IMG/VR virus record: IMGVR_UViG_3300042847_000001
Location: 1 to 25,090 of that record
Origin: a virus
Lineage: Duplodnaviria > Caudoviricetes
DNA length: 25,090 nt
Reading direction: 5' to 3' (one strand)
A program made the translations under genes and the position numbers. Positions 7,617 to 15,103 of this stretch are shown here, piece after piece (positions within the stretch are counted from its first letter, which is position 1; every line of letters starts with the position of its first letter). The notes below the pieces were generated by a model. It did not search any database and was not told the origin of the DNA. It was given only the letters and a program-made list of their open reading frames with translations.

Positions 7617-8365
7617 TGCGGCGGTGCCTCGATAAAATCGACGCTGGCGTTGTTGAATGTCCAGGGCTGCACAGTGAGGTCCATCGAACTGGTGCGCGCC
7701 AGCCTCATCACGCAACGCGGCCGGTCGAATTCCAGCGGGGTACCAACGCTGACCGCCTCGCGCAGCGGCGGCATGAAGGTAATGCGCGCCGCTGTATCGC
7801 TGTCATAGGTGACGGTGGCGATCTCGTAGAGCCGCCAGCCGAACGTCGGATGCTGGATGGAAAAGCTTTCACCGCCCATCAGGCCGCCGCACCAGTTCAA
7901 CTGGATCGCCAGGCCAGTGGCGCGCAACGCCGCATCGGCGGCAACCGTGACGTCGATCATCGACTGGTAATAACCGGCGTCATCGGAAAACATCGCGAGG
8001 TCGCTATGCGGAACGCCGGCAGGACCACCGGCAACTCCCCCGGATGTGGCCTGGAACGGCCACGGCCGAAACAGGGCGTCGTTGCGCGGCACCACGATGT
8101 TATTGACGCCGCCGTCGCAGATCTGGCGCACCGCGCGCCACAGCAGCGTGGCGATGCGCTGCCGCTGCCGGTCATGCGCCTTGACGCCCTTGACCCCGGA
8201 CAGCGACACGTCGCTCATGACGCAAGACCAGAACCCGCCGCCATCGCTGCGGATGATCGGGGCCACGTTCTGCGCGTTCTGTCCCGGCGTGGTGGCAACG
8301 CCGACCAGGTTCCAGGAATGCGACCGCTCGCGGAGCAGGCCGCGCGGGAAATCCGATGTCGTCAT
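7613..8365 (-). CDS. Distal tail (Dit-like) protein, 250 aa
   Basis: Immediately follows the tape measure gene with ATGA overlap. Contains GGGFW, PHSD...FSD, F.PPLREAV..G..LEFDRP.C.MRL and terminal F.EA motifs seen in alphaproteobacterial siphophage Dit-position genes. Confidence 0.6.
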   Translation of the reverse strand: MTTSDFPRGLLRERSHSWNLVGVATTPGQNAQNVAPIIRSDGGGFWSCVMSDVSLSGVKGVKAHDRQRQRIATLLWRAVRQICDGGVNNIVVPRNDALFRPWPFQATSGGVAGGPAGVPHSDLAMFSDDAGYYQSMIDVTVAADAALRATGLAIQLNWCGGLMGGESFSIQHPTFGWRLYEIATVTYDSDTAARITFMPPLREAVSVGTPLEFDRPRCVMRLARTSSMDLTVQPWTFNNASVDFIEAPPQ

Positions 8366-10086
8366 CCTACCCCCGTTGCCTGCAGCCGCCGCGTCGAGGT
8401 CACCACCCTGGCCAGCCCATCGGCCTTGCGGTGCGCGGCGACCACCGCCTGCTGCAGCCGGTCGATGGTCGATTGCGAGACATCGCCGGCAACGTTGAAA
8501 TTGTAATATTGAGTGTCGCCGCCCGCGCCCATATTGCGCGCGACATTATTGGGGATCACTTGCGAGCCGCGCGGCAGATTGACAATCTCGGGACCGCGCT
8601 CGCCGACCAGCGCCATGCCGCCCGGCGCCGAGTTGGTGCCACCGGCAAAGCCAAGCATTTTCGCAAACGGCGCCGTGCCGCCACCGGCGCCTGGCGTGAA
8701 CAGGCTCATGATGCTCGAATTGATCGCCGCCTTGAGCAAGGTCTTGACCAGGCTGTCCAGCACCTCGTTGAGTTTTTTGCCCTCGACGATGGCATCGGCA
8801 AACGCGGAGGAAATCGCCGAGCCGAGTTGCTGGCTCGCCGCGTTGATTTGCCCGACCTTGAAGGTTGCCTCGGCGAGTGCTTGCGCCGCGCGACCGGCGG
8901 CGTCGGCTTGCGCCGCAATCCTCGCGGTCTGTTCTGCCGTCAGCGTAATGGCCTCACCCTCGGCGAGATTGAGCTTGCGCCGCATCCCTTCCATCAGCGC
9001 CGCCTCGGCGCGCAAGCGTTCCTTTTCATAGACGTTCGCGCCGGCCGCCTTGGTGTCGGCATTCATCAGCGCGATGTGCTTGGTGATCTGGTCGTTGGCG
9101 CGCTCGAATTCGTCGGCCTCCTTGGCGCCGCCGCCGCCGAGCCCAAACGGGTCTTTGGCTTTGCCCTTGCCGCCGGTGACCTCGACCTGTGTCAGTCCCG
9201 AGGTCACCGACTTTTTGCTCTCGTTGAGGATGCGGTTGATTTCCTGCCACCGCGCGAGCTCGCGCCCCGATGCCGCCTCTAACGGGCCGCCATGAAACAG
9301 CGACTGTTCCCATTCTGTAATTGCCAGCGCGACTGCGGCGAGTTTCTTGAAACCCTCAAGCGCCTTTTCCGCCCAATCGCTGCCGAGGTCTTTGATCCAC
9401 GCCGCCCAGGTATCTTTTAGTTTCCTGGTTGCCTCGACCGCGTTGTCGATGTTTGGCGCGGCGGCGGCGGCGGCTTGGGACATCTTCACGAATGCGTCGC
9501 CGCCATCCTTGAGTGCCTGAACCGCGCCGGCCGGCATGCCGAGTGCCTCGGCAACCCGAACCTTTTGCACCTGGTTGTCAAGGTTTGCGATGATGTTGCC
9601 GACCACTCGCATAGTGTCGGTGAGCGTCATAGCTTCGCGGTTCATGCCCTTGAGAAATTGCGGGTTGGCGTCGAACAGTTTGGTGAGCGAATTCTCGCCG
9701 CCGCGTTTCATGGTGTCGAGTTGTTCGGCGAGCGCGGCAACCGCCTTGTTCATGTCCTCGATCGAGGCCCCGGCTTTCGCGCCGGCCGCTTGCACGCCAT
9801 ACAGCCATTGCAGCGATGTGCCGGCATATTCGGCGGTTTTTTGCAGATCACTAAACCGGTCGATCAATTTGCGCATCGCCTCGGCCGCGGCGTTAATAGC
9901 CTTGTCGACTACGTTCGCGAAGAAATTTCCGAGGAACGACGTTTTGATTGACGGGTTGATTTTCGAGAACTTGTCCTCGACATCGCTGGCCGCCTTCTCG
10001 GCCATGATGCCGGCCTTCTGCATATCCTTTTCAAATTTGGTCAGTTGCGCCGAGAGCGCGACGACTAGGGCTGCGGTGTCTGCCAT
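8362..10086 (-). CDS. Tail tape measure protein, 574 aa
   Basis: Ala/Lys/Glu-rich helical sequence. N-terminal LVVALSAQLTKFEKDMQKA, C-terminal GFAGGT..APGG.ALVGERGPE...PRGS.VIPN typical of TMPs. Position after the tail chaperones. Confidence 0.85.
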   Translation of the reverse strand: MADTAALVVALSAQLTKFEKDMQKAGIMAEKAASDVEDKFSKINPSIKTSFLGNFFANVVDKAINAAAEAMRKLIDRFSDLQKTAEYAGTSLQWLYGVQAAGAKAGASIEDMNKAVAALAEQLDTMKRGGENSLTKLFDANPQFLKGMNREAMTLTDTMRVVGNIIANLDNQVQKVRVAEALGMPAGAVQALKDGGDAFVKMSQAAAAAAPNIDNAVEATRKLKDTWAAWIKDLGSDWAEKALEGFKKLAAVALAITEWEQSLFHGGPLEAASGRELARWQEINRILNESKKSVTSGLTQVEVTGGKGKAKDPFGLGGGGAKEADEFERANDQITKHIALMNADTKAAGANVYEKERLRAEAALMEGMRRKLNLAEGEAITLTAEQTARIAAQADAAGRAAQALAEATFKVGQINAASQQLGSAISSAFADAIVEGKKLNEVLDSLVKTLLKAAINSSIMSLFTPGAGGGTAPFAKMLGFAGGTNSAPGGMALVGERGPEIVNLPRGSQVIPNNVARNMGAGGDTQYYNFNVAGDVSQSTIDRLQQAVVAAHRKADGLARVVTSTRRLQATGVG

Positions 10087-10089
10087 GGG

Positions 10090-10500
10090 TTACTCTGCTG
10101 AATATTCTTTGATGCGTTTGGTGATCTTGCGCCGCATCGCCGAGCGCATTGACTTTTTCATCAGGCGGTAACTAGGAAAAAAGAACGGTTGCGCGGCGAC
10201 GTGCTCGGTGCCGAATTCGACCGCGCGTGCGTAGTCATAGGATTTGCCGCCGCCGCCCTGGCGCGTCGTGGTCGGCCCGCCGGCCTTGATGACCACGACA
10301 GTTGATTTTTTGCCTGGTTCGATGCGCAGGGATTTGGCGAGCTCGCCGGTCGGCCCATGCTTCACCGCGGATGCCATCACGCCGACCAGGGACGCTGCTT
10401 GCGCGTTGAGCTCGGCGAGCGCGTCGGCATAGATGTCGCGCTGCAGATCCACCGTCAGCTTGCGAAACGCCATGACGCTCTTGTTAGGTGCCCTTGCCAT
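10090..10500 (-). CDS. HK97 gp10-like tail component, 136 aa
   Basis: TGELAKSL...YDYARAVEFGTEHVAAQPFFFPS motif characteristic of the HK97-gp10 family. Confidence 0.8.
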   Translation of the reverse strand: MARAPNKSVMAFRKLTVDLQRDIYADALAELNAQAASLVGVMASAVKHGPTGELAKSLRIEPGKKSTVVVIKAGGPTTTRQGGGGKSYDYARAVEFGTEHVAAQPFFFPSYRLMKKSMRSAMRRKITKRIKEYSAE

Positions 10501-10756
10501 TCATCAGACCCTTGTGCGCCTCAGCCTCGGCGGATGCCTCGACCATCGCATCGAATTCCGCATCGCTCGGTGCTTCCGGTTTCGGCTCAGCGCCGTGTAC
10601 CCTGTTCCAGCCATCGACCGCCGCGCCGAATTGCCAGAACGAACAGAGGTCGACTTCCCATGGCTTCAATCCTATTGCAGCACCGAGCCCGTAGTATTCA
10701 GAGCACCGGATGGGTCCGAATTCGCCGTCTCGTCCGGTGTCGCCGGCGTCGGTTCT
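10484..10756 (-). CDS. C-terminal extension of the tail assembly chaperone, reached by -1 frameshift (gpT-like)
   Basis: The -1 frame is open from the slippery site to TAA 10484-10486: RTDAGDTGRDGEFGPIRCSEYYGLGAAIGLKPWEVDLCSFWQFGAAVDGWNRVHG... No good independent start (the ORF track uses TTG). Confidence 0.7.
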   Translation of the reverse strand, partial: RTDAGDTGRDGEFGPIRCSEYYGLGAAIGLKPWEVDLCSFWQFGAAVDGWNRVHGAEPKPEAPSDAEFDAMVEASAEAEAHKGLMNGKGT

Positions 10757-11115
10757 TTTCCCACCGGGTCGTCAGGCGGTCCGAACATCGCGAACTGCAG
10801 CACGGTGCGCGCGGCAGGCATGCTGTTGAAATAGGCCCGACCCTCGACGTGGCGCTTGACCAGGACGAGCGCGCGGTCGGCTTTCATCCCGCCACCGATG
10901 AGGCCAAGCCGTATCACCTCGCGCACATCGTGCGGCCAGGCGTTGCCGTCGAGCATGGCGCGCAACAAGCCCATCGGTCCCAGCACTGGCTCACCGATTT
11001 CGAGCCGGTGCTTGTTGATGCTCTCCTGCAGTTCGCGCCATTGCCCGAACGCGATGCGGAACGTGTGTTCCTCACCGCCGAATTCGAGCGTAACCGAACC
11101 GTCCTCGCTCGACAT
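10672..11115 (-). CDS. Tail assembly chaperone (GTA-gp10-like family), 147 aa
   Basis: ATG 11115 overlaps the tail tube stop (TAATG). ...F.I.FGQWRELQE...GP...DVREVIRLGLIGGGM...A..LV..HVE motif. Directly after the tail tube gene. Confidence 0.75.
   Translation of the reverse strand: MSSEDGSVTLEFGGEEHTFRIAFGQWRELQESINKHRLEIGEPVLGPMGLLRAMLDGNAWPHDVREVIRLGLIGGGMKADRALVLVKRHVEGRAYFNSMPAARTVLQFAMFGPPDDPVGKEPTPATPDETANSDPSGALNTTGSVLQ
10756..10762 (-). other. Programmed -1 ribosomal frameshift slippery heptamer G GGA AAA
   Basis: Plus-strand TTTTCCC at 10756-10762 reads GGGAAAA on minus, in the X XXY YYZ register of the chaperone frame (codons ...GTG GGA AAA, V-G-K). Confidence 0.75.
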
Positions 11116-11552
11116 TATGGAATTACCTCGGGAACAACGGCCCCGTCGGAAACGATGGCAACCGACATCTGCACCTTGTTGCCGCGCTCGGCGTTGATGG
11201 TGAATTCCTGCAATTTCGCCGGCATGATCCAGGCGTATTCGACAGGGTTGCCAAGTTCGATGCGAACGTTGCGGGTTTCGCCGGCGTTCCACCAGTCTTC
11301 CCACGTCGCAAAACTCTCCTCCGCCACGACACCCTCGCCGGCGATCGCGCCCTGGTACGAAACGACATCGCGGCCGAGCCAGGACGGCGCATCGGGATCG
11401 TCGCAGTCGGGAATGTTCGTGTCGTTGAGGTTGGCAGTCCGCGTGAAACCTTTTGAGGTCAGGCCACAGGGATCAGTGAACACCTCGGGCGCGGCTCCGT
11501 CCCCGATCTTCACCAGGAACTTGCTGAAGGGATAGGTGGTGGCTTGGGTCAT
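11115..11552 (-). CDS. Major tail (tube) protein, 145 aa
   Basis: FLVKIGDGAAPEVFTDPCGLTSKGF...IPDCDDPDAP.W...SDG.V motif typical of Phage_tail_2/TP901-1-like tube proteins. SD GGAG upstream. Confidence 0.85.
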   Translation of the reverse strand: MTQATTYPFSKFLVKIGDGAAPEVFTDPCGLTSKGFTRTANLNDTNIPDCDDPDAPSWLGRDVVSYQGAIAGEGVVAEESFATWEDWWNAGETRNVRIELGNPVEYAWIMPAKLQEFTINAERGNKVQMSVAIVSDGAVVPEVIP

Positions 11553-11568
11553 TGTCGTTGCTCCAATG

Positions 11569-11602
11569 AAAAAACCCCGCTCTCGAAATCGAGAACGGGG
11601 TT
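11569..11602 (-). terminator. Rho-independent terminator-like hairpin between the GH9 gene and the tail tube gene
   Basis: Minus strand reads AACCCCGTTCTCGA-TT-TCGAGAGCGGGG-TTTTTT: long stem with one G-U pair, followed by U6. Confidence 0.75.
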
Positions 11603-11637
11603 GGTGGTGGTCAGGCAGTTTCAGTCGATATTCGGGT

Positions 11638-14600
11638 TCAGGTGTTCCCGTCCCAGCCGTGCAGGTACAGTTGCGTGGAAATCGTGTTGCATTGAACCAT
11701 CAAGCCAAACTCGGACGTGTAAATGATCAGCCGGTTTTCCGGCTGCCATTCCCAGAACGACGAGCCGAGCCGCCACGGGTTCCACATCTTGGCTGACCCC
11801 GGTGTGGCGGCCCCTTCGTAAAGACCGCTGGTGTTGTCGGAGTTCATGAGAAGTGTGCCATCTCCGCCGACGTCTCCGATACCTCTAAAGTTATTGAACA
11901 TGCGCGCCTTGGCGTATCCCTGATAGCCGAAGGCAATAATGCCATCGGGCGTCGGAGCGCCGTACTTGAAAGCGTCTTCGTGCAGCGTGGCGGTAAACGA
12001 CCGGAAGCCGGTCCCGGTCTGGAATGATTTGTTGGCGAAGTTCGCCCCGATCTGGGCCGATGCGCCCGCCTGCATCATCTTCAGATAGTTCGAGCTTCGC
12101 GCGCCCGGCGCAGCCGCTGTGTTTGCCAAGACATACAGCATATGCGCCGTGATTGCTTTCTCAGGAGAGGCGAGATCCATCATACCGATCCGCGCCGGAA
12201 CAGGGACGACATCGAAGTACATCCCCATGTAGCCCATCGCGGAGTTCAGGTTGATTGCCGGGTTTCCGTTGTCGTAATTTGCGGGCAGCACCATCGCCGC
12301 CTTGATCGTCGCGTTGCACCCCGGAGTGGCGGCATACTCGACACACCCTCGCGTAGCGCCCAGATACAACTGCCAGAACGGCAGGGAGCTGAAGTTGAAC
12401 GTTGCTCCCGTCCCCGATCCAGTCGTGCTGCCCTGTCCTATCGGGTTTGCCTTGGTTGTCGTGTACTGCCCTATGGTGACTTGCCGGGCGGCTGTGATCA
12501 CACCACCGCTGACGGCAGTCACCATCACCACTGCATTGATATCGACGCCCGTCGAGCCTGTGGCTGTTATTGTAATGAAGTCATTGACGGCGTAACCGGA
12601 GCCACCGAAGGCCACCGACGATAGCGGGTCGAAGATGCTGAGCGTTTTCTTTTCAAGGGTGTCGCCATACGCCTGCCCCGACACCGGCCCGTTAAGCAGG
12701 CGGTACAGCGACGCAGCAGCATGAAACTTCTCCGGTAACGCGCGATCAGTGAGCACTTGAACGGCTTGATTATACTGGGTCGTTGTCCATCCCATTTTGG
12801 CTTGCAGGTTGAGCGTGCCGTTGTAGTAAGTGTTTCGCGTCGTGACATTATTCATGAGGCTGTCCGCCCACGCATAGGCGGCAATGGCCGACGCCTTGTA
12901 GGTGTCCCCCAGCGTGGTGAGGCCGTAGTCATAGGCAATCTGTGCAAGCTGCGCGGCGAGACCGGCGTACATCATCGTGGTCAGATGATCCGGCGCATAG
13001 GCGAACGCCATGACAGTCTGTCCCGTCAACGAGCCATAAGCATTCGTCCCGTGATACTTGTCGATGGTCTCGGGATAATCAGCTACCTGGCTCTCAAATT
13101 TCCCGTAGCCCGTGCCGCCCCATACCGCGCCGCTTCCCAACTGCCCCTGCCGGTATTGATCGGCATACCAGAACAACTCATGGAACAGCGGCGGCTTGTC
13201 GTCGGTGCCAGCAAACAGTGTTGGGTTTAGCAGCGTCGTTGACAATGGCACCGTGTAGGGCGTGACGCGCGACGCTTGCGGGATATTACGAAATGCCAGC
13301 GCGAGAAGATGATAGCCGGGAAAATGATCAACAGCGAGGTCGTCGTTGTCGCCCGCGTCCTGCACGGCGGCCTTCGTGCCGGTTCGTGTCGATGTAACAA
13401 AACCGGTTAGAACCTTGCCCACCGAAACATCGGCGGCAGCAAGGACCTGACCGCCCATGTCCCAAGTAAACGTGTTCGTCCCGGTCGAGCGGGCGATGCC
13501 TGCGGTAAAGTTTCCACCCTGAACGGTGTTGTAAAGAGTAGGGGTAAAGCCAATCGGCTGAATGGCAAAATCAGTCCCGTTCGGAATGCCGTGCGGGACA
13601 GTGGTCGTAGCCAGCACCGTCCCCGCCGGACAAGTCATACTGGAAAGCGTCAGCGTGCCATGATCGGCATATGCCCCCATGCCCGCAGTGGCAATCGTAC
13701 CCCCCGCAGGATAATACGCCGACCCGCCTTCCGAGCAGAACGTGGCGACCAGCTTGCTCTGATAGTTGGTGCATCCATTGACGCCGTCGGCAACTGCAAC
13801 ACCGCGCGAGTAGCCGTTAGTGGAGTTGACCGCGCAGCCAAGCCGAAGATTGAACAGGCCTTGATGTGACTTCCCCGCAGCAATCGCCCACGCATTCGAC
13901 TGAATGAGAAAGGGGTCGCTGATACCGTAGCCGGGAATGTAGATGTAATGCGTCCCGCTGGTGGATGGCGTCCAACCGCTGAAATCCAGCCCGAACACAA
14001 ACGTGCCCGCGCGGTTGGTGTTGAAACACTTGAACACTTTGTTGTTGATGCCGCCGAGCGCCGTCGCGAAATTTGTCGTATTGGCAAATGTCGTGTAGCC
14101 GGTTGTGTTGAGATCGATTGTGAAACTCACTCCCGCAGTAACGGGAGCGATTACCTTCAGTCCGATCCAGTACCCTTCGCCGCCCGGCGGGATTAATTCG
14201 AAATCACAAATCTCCGTCATGCCGTTGATGCCAGCAAATCGCACCCTGTCGTTGACAACGAAGTCATGACCGGCACACGTCACCAATGCCGTCGTGGCCT
14301 TGGAAATCCCCGTCACCGAGAAGCCATGCGACATGTCGGCGACGTCGATACCGTTGTCATAGCCTTCCCCGACGGCCTTTGCAGCACTGCAACGTTGCAC
14401 GATGCTGCCGGTGTACACCGTCGCCTTGGCGCTGTTCAGTATCTGGAAGCTGGTCTTGCCGTAGGTGTTGATGAAATCGACAGTGCCTTGGTTGGCCCCG
14501 CCGGGAATACGCATGGCGAGGTATCCGTAACGCAGGGTGTCGTTGGGACGCTGTCCCACCATGTTGACCTGAATGCCGCTCGCGCGGATCATCTTGTCGT

Positions 14601-15102
14601 TGTAGGTGAACGTGAAGGGCAGGAACGTTTTTGGCGCGCTGTTCGAAATCGTAATGACATCGCCGTTCGTCGGCACCGCCGCCAATTTTATGTAAATCGT
14701 GTGCCGCTGCGTGAGCATGTACTCGCTGCCGGGCGAATGTGTCTCACCTTGTCCAATGCTCTCGTCACGACAATAGACAGCCTGCTTGGTTGCGCCGCTC
14801 ACTGTGTAGTTGGCGATGTTGCGCAGCGCCATCTTGTCGAGATAACCCAGCGGATTAGGCTTGTCGGAGTAGCGCACCTCGGTGCGGTTGATGCCGATTG
14901 GCATACACCACTCCAGCACGCCGCTGACCGGATTGGTCCGCTGAAACCATGTGCCATAGGCATTGCCGCTGAACGTCCCGGTCTCGATGTTGCCGGGAAT
15001 GATCGGCGGATCGTCTCTCGAAAATGCAATGATATCCGGCGCGGCCATCCACGGCGATTTCGCGTTCAGTCTGGCGGGAGTGTCGAAACTCAGGATGCTC
15101 AT
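11638..15102 (-). CDS. Glycoside hydrolase family 9 (cellulase-like) protein with N-terminal Ig-like domain and three inserted beta-rich modules, 1154 aa
   Basis: CelD-N-like IQVNMVGQRP and GLDFSGW...GTHYIYIPGYGISDPFLI...GLFNLRLG. GH9 motif I QDAGD (13348-13359), helix motifs ELFWYADQYRQGQ..GAVWGG and YKASAIAAYAWA, motif II IGANFANKSFQTGTG...LH, candidate catalytic acid in YTSEF (11710-11712). No signal peptide seen. Confidence 0.75.
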   Translation of the reverse strand: MSILSFDTPARLNAKSPWMAAPDIIAFSRDDPPIIPGNIETGTFSGNAYGTWFQRTNPVSGVLEWCMPIGINRTEVRYSDKPNPLGYLDKMALRNIANYTVSGATKQAVYCRDESIGQGETHSPGSEYMLTQRHTIYIKLAAVPTNGDVITISNSAPKTFLPFTFTYNDKMIRASGIQVNMVGQRPNDTLRYGYLAMRIPGGANQGTVDFINTYGKTSFQILNSAKATVYTGSIVQRCSAAKAVGEGYDNGIDVADMSHGFSVTGISKATTALVTCAGHDFVVNDRVRFAGINGMTEICDFELIPPGGEGYWIGLKVIAPVTAGVSFTIDLNTTGYTTFANTTNFATALGGINNKVFKCFNTNRAGTFVFGLDFSGWTPSTSGTHYIYIPGYGISDPFLIQSNAWAIAAGKSHQGLFNLRLGCAVNSTNGYSRGVAVADGVNGCTNYQSKLVATFCSEGGSAYYPAGGTIATAGMGAYADHGTLTLSSMTCPAGTVLATTTVPHGIPNGTDFAIQPIGFTPTLYNTVQGGNFTAGIARSTGTNTFTWDMGGQVLAAADVSVGKVLTGFVTSTRTGTKAAVQDAGDNDDLAVDHFPGYHLLALAFRNIPQASRVTPYTVPLSTTLLNPTLFAGTDDKPPLFHELFWYADQYRQGQLGSGAVWGGTGYGKFESQVADYPETIDKYHGTNAYGSLTGQTVMAFAYAPDHLTTMMYAGLAAQLAQIAYDYGLTTLGDTYKASAIAAYAWADSLMNNVTTRNTYYNGTLNLQAKMGWTTTQYNQAVQVLTDRALPEKFHAAASLYRLLNGPVSGQAYGDTLEKKTLSIFDPLSSVAFGGSGYAVNDFITITATGSTGVDINAVVMVTAVSGGVITAARQVTIGQYTTTKANPIGQGSTTGSGTGATFNFSSLPFWQLYLGATRGCVEYAATPGCNATIKAAMVLPANYDNGNPAINLNSAMGYMGMYFDVVPVPARIGMMDLASPEKAITAHMLYVLANTAAAPGARSSNYLKMMQAGASAQIGANFANKSFQTGTGFRSFTATLHEDAFKYGAPTPDGIIAFGYQGYAKARMFNNFRGIGDVGGDGTLLMNSDNTSGLYEGAATPGSAKMWNPWRLGSSFWEWQPENRLIIYTSEFGLMVQCNTISTQLYLHGWDGNT

Positions 15103-15103
15103 G

